In this document: in pieces, positions 1 to 8,630 of the stretch
Layout: every line of letters begins with the position of its first letter
How positions within the stretch are numbered: the stretch's first letter is position 1
Assembly (NCBI GenBank): GCA_965116495.1
Contig: OZ220696.1
Span: 1,216,001 to 1,280,000 of the forward strand
Source of the DNA: Gammaproteobacteria bacterium
GTDB lineage: Bacteria > Pseudomonadota > Gammaproteobacteria > Eutrophobiales > Eutrophobiaceae
Length of the DNA: 64,000 nt
Direction: 5' to 3'
Program-made: the position numbers and the translations under genes
Notes under the pieces: model-generated
Databases searched by the model: none
What the model saw: the letters and a program-made list of their open reading frames with translations, nothing else
Told to the model about the DNA's origin: nothing

Positions 1-129
1 CAAGGAAACTTTCGGGAGTATTCCATAGAGCGCCTCCTGCGCCTGCTGACCATACTTGGACGTGACGTAAAGATGGTTATTCAAAAGTCGGGCCATCACC
101 AACAAGGAAGGCTAAGTGTCGAAGCGTAG
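1..129 (+). CDS. XRE/HTH antitoxin (HigA-like), 5'-partial at window edge
   Basis: Frame 1 reads QGNFREYSIERLLRLLTILGRDVKMVIQK...EA*; resembles the C-terminus of the 182..469 protein (FSIDALVNMLARVGRELKI). Confidence 0.7.
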   Translation, partial: QGNFREYSIERLLRLLTILGRDVKMVIQKSGHHQQGRLSVEA

Positions 130-181
130 ATGCTTCAGGGGTCAGAGTAAAAATTCCAAAAACCAAGGTGGAAAACACGAC

Positions 182-469
182 TCAAGCCGCCTTTTTTGGC
201 TCTGTGGTAATTTTCAGTTCCCGCCCAACCCTGGCCAGCATATTCACCAGCGCATCAATGCTGAATTTGAAAATATGGCCATTCATCAGTGCGCTTACTT
301 CAGGCTGGTTGATACAGAGCAAGGCAGCGGCATCCTTCTGTTTAAGTCCTTTCTTACGGATATATTCCCTGATTTCTATCAGTAATTCCGCACGGACTTT
401 CATGTTGGCGGCTTCCTGTTTGTCGAAACCGATATCCTCAAAGATGTTGTCTGTAGTGATGTCTTTCAT
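182..469 (-). CDS. XRE/HTH type II antitoxin (HigA-like)
   Basis: 95 aa; NIFEDIGF N-terminus, HTH LKQKDAAALLCINQPEVSAL; directly downstream of a RelE-like toxin. Confidence 0.85.
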   Translation of the reverse strand: MKDITTDNIFEDIGFDKQEAANMKVRAELLIEIREYIRKKGLKQKDAAALLCINQPEVSALMNGHIFKFSIDALVNMLARVGRELKITTEPKKAA

Positions 470-473
470 TGTG

Positions 474-797
474 TCATCTCTTAATCAGTTTGAGCCTGTT
501 TCTGGCAAGGTCCATGTCTTGTTTGGACGTACGCTGCGTCTTTTTACGGAATGCATGAAGCACGTAAATTGACTCACGGAGTTTGGCAACATAAATAACC
601 CGGTATTGTCCTTCATACTGGAGCCGGATTTCCCTGACACCTGGACCGATACTGCTCATGGGTTTCCAATCAGCTGGCTCATAACCTGACTGTACGGCCA
701 TCAGTTCAGCGCCGACCATTTGTCTAACCTTCTCCGGGAAAGATTTCACGTTTTCCCTGGATGTGCCTAACCATGTCACAGGCTTTAAATTCGTCAT
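474..797 (-). CDS. RelE/HigB-type toxin (Gp49-like)
   Basis: 107 aa; DWKPMSSIGPGVREIR, YRVIY, VLHAFRKKTQRT motifs; toxin-first order. Confidence 0.88.
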   Translation of the reverse strand: MTNLKPVTWLGTSRENVKSFPEKVRQMVGAELMAVQSGYEPADWKPMSSIGPGVREIRLQYEGQYRVIYVAKLRESIYVLHAFRKKTQRTSKQDMDLARNRLKLIKR

Positions 798-800
798 AAC

Positions 801-832
801 GGATTATAGAATATTATCTATAATCCAGTCAA
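801..832 (-). promoter_or_regulatory. TA promoter with autoregulatory inverted repeat
   Basis: Perfect IR GGATTATAGA-N6-TCTATAATCC (801-826); minus-strand TTGACT-N18-TATAAT ends 5 nt before the ATG at 797. Confidence 0.7.
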
Positions 833-843
833 GATGATCCTAG

Positions 844-999
844 CTGGAACTGTCTCTATCGGCGTTTGCCGGCATGCTCGGGGTAAGCCTGCGTATCCTG
901 CAGGACTGGGAACAAGGCAGGCGGCAGCCGCAAGGCCCGGCTATTGCCCTTCTGCGTATTGCCGAGCAACATCCGAACGTGTTTGCGGATTTAAAATGA
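844..999 (+). pseudogene. 5'-truncated HTH antitoxin (YiaG/NadS/HigA-like)
   Basis: LELSLSAFAGMLGVSLRILQDWEQGRRQPQGPAIALLRIAEQHP*; in-frame TAG immediately upstream and N-terminus missing. Confidence 0.75.
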
Positions 1000-1017
1000 A
1001 TAAATCAAGGTGAGATA

Positions 1018-1114
1018 TGGTGCCGGAAGGGGGAATAGAAATACACTGATAACCTATTGTTTTTAATTTATTTAATATCATCTCCTTGCCTTTTTTCCCA
1101 CGATTTTCCCAACA
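1018..1114 (-). mobile_element. att-like remnant 1: tRNA 3'-end fragment plus arm-type sites
   Basis: TGGTGCCGGAAGG (reverse complement CCTTCCGGCACCA), then ATAACCTATTGTTTTTA and tandem CCCA(A)C boxes; second copy at 5199. Confidence 0.6.
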
Positions 1115-1162
1115 AGATTTGGATTGATAAAGACGAGTAATTCCAGGGCCGGTACTACTATC

Positions 1163-1945
1163 TTATTCGGTGAACCGTTGCCGCAAGTCTTCCAGCATAG
1201 CGGCTGAAATTGAAAATCTTTCCTCCAGGTAGCGCTCAATTGTTCCGTGATTGTCTTCTATATAGTTCAGGGCGCCCAATATATATTCTGATTTCACGCC
1301 CAGCATGGCAAGGACAGAGGCCCTGTCCATCCCGGTGCCCTCCCCGCCGCCGTACCTGGCCGAAGCCTGGGCAACCTGCTGTTCAGGCACAAAATATTTG
1401 CCGGAAAGCAGGTAATCTTCAACAACAATTTCCCTGGGTACGCCCAGGGCCGATAGCAGGAGAGTTGAGCCAAAACCCGTGCGGTCCTTGCCGGCCGAGC
1501 AATGAATGAGCATCGCCCCATGCTCAAGCTCCGACAGGCACCGGAACATGCCGCTGAATTCATCAACATGGCTTGAAGCAAACTCAACATATATACCACG
1601 CATCATGTCGTCTATACACTGTACGGAGATTCTCTTTCCCGGTCCTGGTTTCACATAGGATTCCATTTGTCCCGGATCGATCGCCAACTGCATAACCTGA
1701 GCGTTATCGGGCAATCGGCTGGGGTCTTTTCGTCTTTCACTTTGCCCCCGGAAATCACAACAATAGACGATATCAAGACCGGAAAGATATTCGATGTCCC
1801 TATCTGTCAGGTCGCTCAATTGGCCTGACCGGAATAACCGGTTCCACTTGACCCGCCGCCCGTCGGTGGTTGGATAACCCCCAAGGTCGCGAAAGTTGAC
1901 GCCGCCCTCCAGCGGTAATAATCGTTCCGGCATTCGGCTATTCAA
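1163..1945 (-). CDS. protein-tyrosine/serine phosphatase (IphP/PtpB-like)
   Basis: NFRDLGGY, LFRSG, DFR, P-loop HCSAGKDRTG, EDYLLS; true start may be the ATG at 1933. Confidence 0.92.
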   Translation of the reverse strand: MNSRMPERLLPLEGGVNFRDLGGYPTTDGRRVKWNRLFRSGQLSDLTDRDIEYLSGLDIVYCCDFRGQSERRKDPSRLPDNAQVMQLAIDPGQMESYVKPGPGKRISVQCIDDMMRGIYVEFASSHVDEFSGMFRCLSELEHGAMLIHCSAGKDRTGFGSTLLLSALGVPREIVVEDYLLSGKYFVPEQQVAQASARYGGGEGTGMDRASVLAMLGVKSEYILGALNYIEDNHGTIERYLEERFSISAAMLEDLRQRFTE

Positions 1946-1946
1946 C
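1848..1946. repeat. 99-bp direct repeat, copy 1 (phosphatase 5' end)
   Basis: Matches 8532-8630 with one T/C mismatch. Confidence 0.92.
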
Positions 1947-1983
1947 AGGTTGCGACCACAATTTTCCTGGCCACAGATTTCAT
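1942..1983 (-). pseudogene. N-terminal relic of a DUF3604-like gene (internal deletion)
   Basis: GGAGCCTGAT-ATG then MKSVARKIVVATC*, versus GGAGCTTGAG-ATG then MKFAVWKIAVAMC at 10505; 30/40 nt identical by hand alignment. Confidence 0.65.
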
Positions 1984-2063
1984 ATCAGGCTCCTGAAATT
2001 TAAAACGGCAATTATTTGTGGTCACGTCATCATCGAGGAAAACGTATTTGTTGGCCCTTACGT

Positions 2064-2201
2064 GAGACTGTAACAAAAACTGTGTAAACCGCCTATCATT
2101 AACCTTAACTATGGGTGAGGATAGGTATCATGAAAAAACAAGAAATGGAAGCCTTCGCGCATGAAGTAGCGAAGGGCCTTAAGACTGAGGAAGACCTGTG
2201 A
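2064..2201 (+). mobile_element. IS256-family left-end remnant with transposase N-terminus
   Basis: Terminus GAGACTGTAACAAAAACTGTGTAA; 2130-2201 reads MKKQEMEAFAHEVAKGLKTEEDL*; cut by IS3-like end TGAACCGCCCCG. Confidence 0.65.
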
Positions 2202-2329
2202 ACCGCCCCGCCAGGGGACATAAGGCATGGAACCGATAAACCACATTTCCTCGCCGTCTACAAGGTCATGACACGAACCATATATGTCCCCAGAACTACT
2301 CTAATAGCTTGCGCAACTGAAGAATGCCC

Positions 2330-2358
2330 TTGACAATATATGCTTTGTAGAGCATATT
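2330..2358 (+). promoter_or_regulatory. TA promoter/operator
   Basis: TTGACA-N17-CATATT with IR ATATGCT-N6-AGCATAT (2338-2357); ATG follows 6 nt later. Confidence 0.6.
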
Positions 2359-2364
2359 TAGAAT

Positions 2365-2733
2365 ATGCTGTGGGAAGTCGGATTGGCTCCGGCCTTCGAC
2401 CTGGAATTCGATGTCCTACCCACTACAGCGCAGGATGAATTGCTTGCGCAGGCGAAGTTGCTGGAGGCATTTGGGCCGGCGCTGGGCCGCCCAAAGGTGG
2501 ACACCCTGAACGGGTCGCGCCACGCCAACATGAAGGAGCTTCGCTTTCAGGCTGGTGACGGGGTGTGGCAGGTCGCTTTTGCCTTTGACCCCCAAAGGAA
2601 GGCCATCCTGCTCGTGGCCGGTGATAAATCGGGCGTAAACGAACGACGTTTTTACAGACAGTTGATAAAGAGGGCGGACGCAAGGTTCAGCATGCATCTC
2701 GACCGGCTGAAAGATGAAAGGAGGACAAGATGA
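2365..2733 (+). CDS. RelE/HigB-type toxin (Gp49-like)
   Basis: GPALGRPKVDTLNGSRHANMKELR, FAFDPQRKAILLVAGDKSG. Confidence 0.9.
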   Translation: MLWEVGLAPAFDLEFDVLPTTAQDELLAQAKLLEAFGPALGRPKVDTLNGSRHANMKELRFQAGDGVWQVAFAFDPQRKAILLVAGDKSGVNERRFYRQLIKRADARFSMHLDRLKDERRTR

Positions 2734-3074
2734 CGACACTCACCAACAGACTGGACAAACTCCCGCCGGCGCGCCGAAAGAAAGTGGAGGAACGCGCCAG
2801 GGAGTTGGTTGCCGAGGAAATGTCCCTGCAAGACCTGCGCAAGGCGCGTAAGCAGACGCAGGTACGCGTTGCAAAGGAACTCGGGATCAATCAGGAGAAC
2901 GTATCCCGTATCGAAAAGCGTAGCGACCTGCTGCTCTCAACCCTCAGCGGTTACGTCGAGGCGATGGGCGGAAAGTTAAGTCTGGTAGCAGAGTTTCCGG
3001 ACCGGCCACCGGTGGCGCTCACCGGGATTGCTGCGCTTGAGGAGGAGAAGCCGGCGGCCAAGACGCGTATTTAG
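2730..3074 (+). CDS. XRE/HTH antitoxin
   Basis: LQDLRKARKQTQVRVAKELGINQENVSRIEKRSDLLLSTL; ATGA overlap with the toxin. Confidence 0.9.
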   Translation: MTTLTNRLDKLPPARRKKVEERARELVAEEMSLQDLRKARKQTQVRVAKELGINQENVSRIEKRSDLLLSTLSGYVEAMGGKLSLVAEFPDRPPVALTGIAALEEEKPAAKTRI

Positions 3075-3322
3075 GGGTCAGGTCGCAGATTGCCCGGTTC
3101 AGTCAAAAACATGACGAAAATTATTGAAAACGGGATAATCTCAGAGATTCCTTAAGTTTGATAGGGACTGTAAATTTTCTGTTTAAGGACACCACGGCGC
3201 AGAAGCTATCGGGGCCCGCAGGGATAATACCCTGCAATACTGGGGTTGGTTTTCAGGGGCGTGCAATAGTGCATGAATATTTAATAAAATTACTTGCATT
3301 ATAAGCTGAAACAGCGTACCAT

Positions 3323-3925
3323 GTGTCCATGAGTGCCGTAGACAAACTGAAACGACATCTCCGCCCGGGGCAGGTCTACCGCCGCGCCGATCTCCTGCCG
3401 TGGTCAAACGCCGTGGACCGGCACCTGAAGCAGCTTGTTGAGGAGGGAACTCTGACTAAGCTATCGGGCGGACTTTACTATTGCCCCAAGCGCACAAACT
3501 TTGGGGCTGCGCCGGCTGGCGATGAAAAGCTTGTCGAAGTGTTTCTGAAAGATCACCGTTTTTTGCTGACGTCACCTAATGCCTACAACGTGCTCGGGGT
3601 GGGCTCAACGCAGCTCTACAACGAGACCGTCGTTTACAACCACAAGCGCCATGGCCGTTTCGATCTTGGCAAACGCACGTTTAATTTTCGGATGAAGCCG
3701 CATTTCCCCTCAAAGCTCTCAAGGGAGTTCCTTCTGGTCGATCTGGTGGACAACCTTGATCGTCTGGCCGAGCACAAACCCTCGCTGCTGGAGGGGGTGA
3801 AAAAGCAGGCACAGAGTGCCGATCATAAGGCCCTGAAAAAAGCCGTTCGCGAGTACGGTGGCGTAAAAGCCAGGAAATTCTTTGGGCCATTATTGGCCCA
3901 AGGGGCAATGCCTCATGCCACATGA
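3323..3925 (+). CDS. AbiEi-like type IV antitoxin / winged-HTH regulator
   Basis: N-terminal wHTH LKQLVEEGTLTKLSGGLYY; overlaps a downstream AbiEii; start may be the ATG at 3329. Confidence 0.72.
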   Translation: MSMSAVDKLKRHLRPGQVYRRADLLPWSNAVDRHLKQLVEEGTLTKLSGGLYYCPKRTNFGAAPAGDEKLVEVFLKDHRFLLTSPNAYNVLGVGSTQLYNETVVYNHKRHGRFDLGKRTFNFRMKPHFPSKLSREFLLVDLVDNLDRLAEHKPSLLEGVKKQAQSADHKALKKAVREYGGVKARKFFGPLLAQGAMPHAT

Positions 3926-4865
3926 ATTTCTTCACCAGGACAAGGAATTTGCCGATCTGATCCGCATCGTTGGTGAGGAGCGCCCCGTCGACTCCGTCCT
4001 AGTCGAAAAAGACTACTGGATCATGCATTGCCTGTACGGCCTGCAACAGATGGGCTTGTCTTTTGATCTCAAGGGTGGAACATCGCTTTCCAAGGGTTAC
4101 GGCATCATCGACAGGTTCTCTGAGGATATCGATATTCGCATAGAGCCTCCCGAGGAGATGAATGTCGCCACTAATCCAAACCAGCAAAAAAAAGCCCACG
4201 ACGAAAGCCGCAAAGCATTCTATGACTGGCTGGCTGAAACGATCTCTATCGACGGGATTACGAGCGTTGTCCGCGATCATGAATTTGATGATGACCATTA
4301 TCGCAGCGGTGGTATTCGCCTTTACTATGACACACAGATAGGAACCCTGGCTGGTTTGAAAGACGGCATCCTTCTTGAAGTGGGTTTTGATGTTGTGACA
4401 CCCAACATGCCGCGCACGATTTCTTCCTGGGCCTACGACTTTGCTGTTGACAAGATTGAAGTGACCGACAACAGGGCCATTGATGTGGCCTGTTATCATC
4501 CTGGCTACACCTTCGTCGAAAAGCTTCAGACCATCTCGACGAAGTTCCGGCAGCAGCAGGAGCAGGGTGACTTCCCGGCCAATTTCATGCGTCACTACTA
4601 CGATATTTTCTGCCTATTGCAGGAACCGGAGGTACGCACGTTCATCGGAACCAGGCACTACAAGGCGCATAAGCAAAACCGGTTTCGCAAGAAAGACAAC
4701 CCTGTTTTGGCCAAAAACGAGGCTTTTCTGCTCAGCGATCTCGCAACACGCGAAATCTATGCCGATGCCTATGCCCGTCCCCGTACGTTGTACTATGCAT
4801 TGAAGCCGGACTTTGAGACTATCATGAATGCGTTGGCAGAGGCAGTAACCATCGAAGGCGTCTGA
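3915..4865 (+). CDS. abiEii: AbiEii/AbiGii nucleotidyltransferase toxin
   Basis: VEKDYW, LKGGTSLSK, RFSEDID, EKL, RHYYD motifs. Confidence 0.9.
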   Translation: MPHEFLHQDKEFADLIRIVGEERPVDSVLVEKDYWIMHCLYGLQQMGLSFDLKGGTSLSKGYGIIDRFSEDIDIRIEPPEEMNVATNPNQQKKAHDESRKAFYDWLAETISIDGITSVVRDHEFDDDHYRSGGIRLYYDTQIGTLAGLKDGILLEVGFDVVTPNMPRTISSWAYDFAVDKIEVTDNRAIDVACYHPGYTFVEKLQTISTKFRQQQEQGDFPANFMRHYYDIFCLLQEPEVRTFIGTRHYKAHKQNRFRKKDNPVLAKNEAFLLSDLATREIYADAYARPRTLYYALKPDFETIMNALAEAVTIEGV

Positions 4866-4869
4866 GCGG

Positions 4870-5040
4870 TCCCGGGTAGCCACCCAAACCGATATCATGA
4901 CGTTCACGATCAATCGTGAGTCGTTGTATCCATGATTTTGTGCCTGCGCGCGTGACTTTCAAATATCGCGTATTGCCGACACGATAAAATCCCGGGGCTT
5001 TAATGGGATTTGCTTCTAATGCGGTCAGTTCTTTTCTCAT
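4870..5040 (-). pseudogene. P4-like tyrosine integrase fragment (arm-DNA-binding domain only)
   Basis: YLKVTRAGTKSWIQRLTIDRERHDIGLGGYP; no core or catalytic domain; lies ~160 bp downstream of att remnant 2. Confidence 0.75.
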
Positions 5041-5198
5041 ATGTTCCTATATGTTCCCAACATTTTTCCCAGCATTTATAAGAAGAATATAGAAGAACAG
5101 AAAAGAAAAGGCAAGAAGCTATTTTACAAAAAATCCTTTTTATTATAAAAGGTTATCGAGCAATATAGGAACTACTGAGAACCACCAAAAAAGAGAAG

Positions 5199-5292
5199 TG
5201 GTGCCGGAAGGAATATGAATGAACTAATAACCTATTGTTTTTAACGTGCTTTATATTATTCCCATGCTCTATACCCAACGTTTATCCCAACA
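5199..5292 (-). mobile_element. att-like remnant 2: tRNA 3'-end fragment plus arm-type sites
   Basis: TGGTGCCGGAAGG 5199-5211, ATAACCTATTGTTTTTA 5227-5243, TACCCAAC..TCCCAAC boxes; similar boxes near 5055 next to the integrase. Confidence 0.65.
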
Positions 5293-5502
5293 ATATTTTA
5301 ACCAATAAAGTCAATATTTAGTGTCTGAACTCTACCGGGCCGACCAAGGCAAAGAAATATAGTCTGAAGTTGTACATGGTAACTATATAATAAAACAATA
5401 TTTTTCTCTTTTCTTTCCTGTTACTGTAATTTATAGTAGTACTATACAAAATTTCATGATATCGTCTATTATTAGAAATAATTTGTACTATGGTATAGCA
5501 CT

Positions 5503-6297
5503 ATGGGTAGCCAACCTTCAAAAAGACAACAGCGATTAGCTGCATTAATACGCGCAACGTCCGGCACAATCCGTGGGTCTGACGCCACGCGGGTTCTTGG
5601 CGTTGACCGGCAACATGCATCCAGATTGCTGGCGGGATGGCATAAACAAGGGGTAATCAGGCGGGTTGCACACGGCTTGTATGTTCCTGTTCCGCCGTCT
5701 GCCCTGGGTCAAAAACAGGTGCTTGAAGACCCCTGGGTGCTGGTTCCCGAGTTATACACACCAGGTTACGTCGGTGGCTGGAGTGCCTTGGAACACTGGG
5801 AGTTGACAGAACAGCTTTTCCGGTCAGTCTGTGTACTTACTCCTAAGCGCGTGGCCAATGGTGTAATCACTCATCAAGGTGTCAACTTCTTTATCAAACA
5901 TGTTGCTGAAAAGCATTTATTCGGGACAAAATCCATATGGTTGGGAAATAAGAAGATACTGGTTTCAGACCCATACAAAACACTGTTGGATTGTATCGAT
6001 GACCCGGACCTGGGCGCAGGCTTGCAACATGTAACAGACTGCTTGCTCGAATTTGCGCGAGTGTTCAATAAACAGAGTGATCTTAATGCATTATTGAAAT
6101 ATGCCATCCAATTAGATAACGGCGCATTATTCAAAAAACTGGGTTACCTGGCTGAAACGCTTGAGTTCAAGCCTTCTTTTATCAATGCATGCCGGCAACG
6201 TATTACATCGGGTTATTCCACTCTCGATAAAAAGTCTGAAAAAAATCGTCTGGTTACACGCTGGAATTTATGGGTACCGGGAGATAGGGCGAAATGA
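5503..6297 (+). CDS. abiEi: AbiEi type IV antitoxin
   Basis: wHTH GVIRRVAHGLYV, YVGGWSALEHWEL, VSDPYKTLLD, C-terminal RWNLWV. Confidence 0.85.
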   Translation: MGSQPSKRQQRLAALIRATSGTIRGSDATRVLGVDRQHASRLLAGWHKQGVIRRVAHGLYVPVPPSALGQKQVLEDPWVLVPELYTPGYVGGWSALEHWELTEQLFRSVCVLTPKRVANGVITHQGVNFFIKHVAEKHLFGTKSIWLGNKKILVSDPYKTLLDCIDDPDLGAGLQHVTDCLLEFARVFNKQSDLNALLKYAIQLDNGALFKKLGYLAETLEFKPSFINACRQRITSGYSTLDKKSEKNRLVTRWNLWVPGDRAK

Positions 6298-6671
6298 TTG
6301 TCAAGGATGAAATGCTGGCTTTTGCCGATGAGACGGGTTTAACGCCAAACGTTGTAGAGAAAGACTATGCGCTCGGTTGGTTGCTCGCTGCAGTTAATTC
6401 GAACCCTGTCCTATCGCAATCGTGGGTATTCAAGGGAGGCACTTGTCTGAAGAAACGCTACTTTGAAACTTACAGGTTTTCAGAAGATTTAGATTTCACG
6501 CTTCGAGATCAGAGTCATATCAATGAGACAGTTTTGAAAGAGCAATTCGTCTCCATTTCGGAATGGCTATATGAAGAAACAGGAATAGAAATTCCTTCTG
6601 ACAGGCTTGTATTTGACATATATGCCAATCCCAGGGGCGGACAATCCTGTCAGGGGCGCGTATATTGCTGA
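6294..6671 (+). pseudogene. abiEii: AbiEii toxin, C-terminally truncated
   Basis: VEKDY, FKGGTCLKK, RFSEDLDF; only 125 aa, lacks EK and RDxxD motifs; ends at the convergent gene. Confidence 0.8.
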
Positions 6672-6673
6672 AG

Positions 6674-7630
6674 TCATCTGAGAATATGCCGTCTCACATT
6701 TTCGATTTTCCATAATAGTGCCGGAGATCGCGCCAATCGACCTGCCAGTTCCTCATCGTCAGGAAACAGCAACTCAGGCGATAGTTCACCGGCATGCACC
6801 AGGTCAATATATTCCCGCTCGGCCTCATCAAGCGTAACCAGCGGTTTCATAACGAACCATGCCTGTTTCTTCAACTCATTTGCAACTGGCCACACATTAC
6901 CCTGAAGCATCGGTACAAGCTGTTCCTCTATGCTTCTATCGGTGACACGCGCGAAGCGATCCTGTCCGTATTGATAAAGCGGAAGCGGCAGTGTAACCGC
7001 CAGCGCCACATGAATACGTCGCAATCGTTGGCTACCCCAAATATCCGCTCCGTATTTTGGCAATCGAATGGTATCGAATAGATCGCGCGGCAGCGCCCGG
7101 TCCAGAGTCGCGCGCAGCTTACCGGCATACAGTTCTTCCATAGGCACGACCCGAGTTTCCGGGGATGAAATTCCCGGTGGTTGCCAGAGCGGCCGTGTTG
7201 TGACTTCACCGAGGGGTACGCGAAATAAAAAGTTGAGATCGATCTCAATACGGTCTCGCGTACCGACCGAACTTGTGTAGGTGAGATAGAACTTCCGTCC
7301 GGCATGGGCATCGCGTGATTGTTGTACTCGGTATCCCTGTCCCTCTCCGATATTAGCGAGAGCCCGTTCAACCTTCGGGCGTTCAGCTTGCATACCCGCC
7401 GGATCCTCATGCCCGATATAATTGAAATCCAGATCAACCGAAAGCCGGGCCGGGGGGCCAAACAACAGATTCAATGCCGTACCACCTTTCAATATCAATA
7501 CACGTGATAGCAACGGATGACGCCCAACATCCGCGGCTAATTCACCCAGGCGGATCACTTTCTCCAATGTCTCCGTACGAAAACCAGTCTCCGTTGCGAT
7601 TCCTTCAATGAATTCAGCGCTGAGATTCAT
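6674..7630 (-). CDS. abiEii: AbiEii/AbiGii nucleotidyltransferase toxin
   Basis: TLEKV, LKGGTALN, RLSVDLDF, GKLRA, PRDLFD. Confidence 0.9.
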   Translation of the reverse strand: MNLSAEFIEGIATETGFRTETLEKVIRLGELAADVGRHPLLSRVLILKGGTALNLLFGPPARLSVDLDFNYIGHEDPAGMQAERPKVERALANIGEGQGYRVQQSRDAHAGRKFYLTYTSSVGTRDRIEIDLNFLFRVPLGEVTTRPLWQPPGISSPETRVVPMEELYAGKLRATLDRALPRDLFDTIRLPKYGADIWGSQRLRRIHVALAVTLPLPLYQYGQDRFARVTDRSIEEQLVPMLQGNVWPVANELKKQAWFVMKPLVTLDEAEREYIDLVHAGELSPELLFPDDEELAGRLARSPALLWKIENVRRHILR

Positions 7631-8417
7631 CCGGCTCCATACCCTCCAGTATTGCGCCCGGGACGATCAGATTCCATCGTCGCACCAGTACGCCGCCACG
7701 TTGATCCCTGGCAAGATAAAGCGGCGCCTTTGGGACGTGCTTTTCTATTAATGCAAGATCACCATCGCTGACATAAAATGTCTTTCGATACAGCTCAAGG
7801 AACCAGCCGACCGCTGCCCACAACACCTTTTGTCCGAAAACATCCAGAAGCTCAAGCAACAGCGGCAACTCCAGAACAGGGAACCCCGCCGCCGACTCGA
7901 CAAACTCCGCAAGCCCGCCCACCAGGTCCGGCCGACGGAAACCATCGATCAAAGTACGTTCGGGCCCGGTAACTCGTAATTCACGATCAAGCCGGTGGAC
8001 GGAGCGCATGCCCCGATCAAAAGCCCGATGGCGCACCAGTGATTGCGGGTGGGACAGGAAGCGCAGTTCAAGGCCATCCAGATCGAACGACTGTGAACGC
8101 CTGGCGCTGTATGCGGTGCATAGCCGCCATTCGGAATGCGCGGCGCCCAGCAGTTCAAGCGCCGAATGATGGGAAAAGACCGCATCGGGTCGCATCGCCA
8201 CTGCCACTAGAAAACGATCCGGCTGAAATTTGGCAGCATCCACCCCCGGTGGCACCGAGGCATAGACCCCCCGTGTGAGCTTCTTCAGCTTGTTTCGTGC
8301 GGCTGCGTATTTCAGGCGCTCCAACGTTGCTTTACGCCCGCCGGACGGTGCCAATACCCGTGCGGCTTCATCGAGATTGAAGACCCGGTGCGTTTGCAAG
8401 AAGGTGCCCGTATCCAT
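7614..8417 (-). CDS. abiEi: AbiEi type IV antitoxin
   Basis: LKKLTRGVYA, SHHSALELLG, VTGPERTLID, RWNLIVP; overlaps the toxin. Confidence 0.85.
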   Translation of the reverse strand: MDTGTFLQTHRVFNLDEAARVLAPSGGRKATLERLKYAAARNKLKKLTRGVYASVPPGVDAAKFQPDRFLVAVAMRPDAVFSHHSALELLGAAHSEWRLCTAYSARRSQSFDLDGLELRFLSHPQSLVRHRAFDRGMRSVHRLDRELRVTGPERTLIDGFRRPDLVGGLAEFVESAAGFPVLELPLLLELLDVFGQKVLWAAVGWFLELYRKTFYVSDGDLALIEKHVPKAPLYLARDQRGGVLVRRWNLIVPGAILEGMEPDESQR

Positions 8418-8531
8418 GAGTCAAAACTTGTCAATATTTGCGGATATTGGGAGGATATTCCCCTTTATATGGCATATGTGTCAAGTATTTTATGCTGAAA
8501 TTACTTGCCTGACCGTCTATCGCAATAAAAA

Positions 8532-8630
8532 TTGACCCGCCGCCCGTCGGTGGTTGGATAACCCCCAAGGTCGCGAAAGTTGACGCCGCCCTCCAGCGGC
8601 AATAATCGTTCCGGCATTCGGCTATTCAAC
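8532..8630 (-). pseudogene. 99-bp repeat copy 2: truncated phosphatase 5' end
   Basis: Near-identical to 1848-1946 (MPERLLPLEGGVNFRDLGGYPTTDGRRV), then breaks off into the AbiE promoter region. Confidence 0.88.

Noticed and set aside
1018-1040. Intact tRNA gene at 1018 or 5199
   Set aside because: Only the last ~13-19 nt resemble a tRNA; no D or anticodon arms
2338-2357. Copy of the island operator
   Set aside because: Half-sites are in the opposite arrangement (ATATGCT-N6-AGCATAT) and fit TA autoregulation
1-8500. Integron cassette array as the explanation for the TA cluster
   Set aside because: No IntI, no attC-like R''/R' palindromes recognised, and mixed gene orientations
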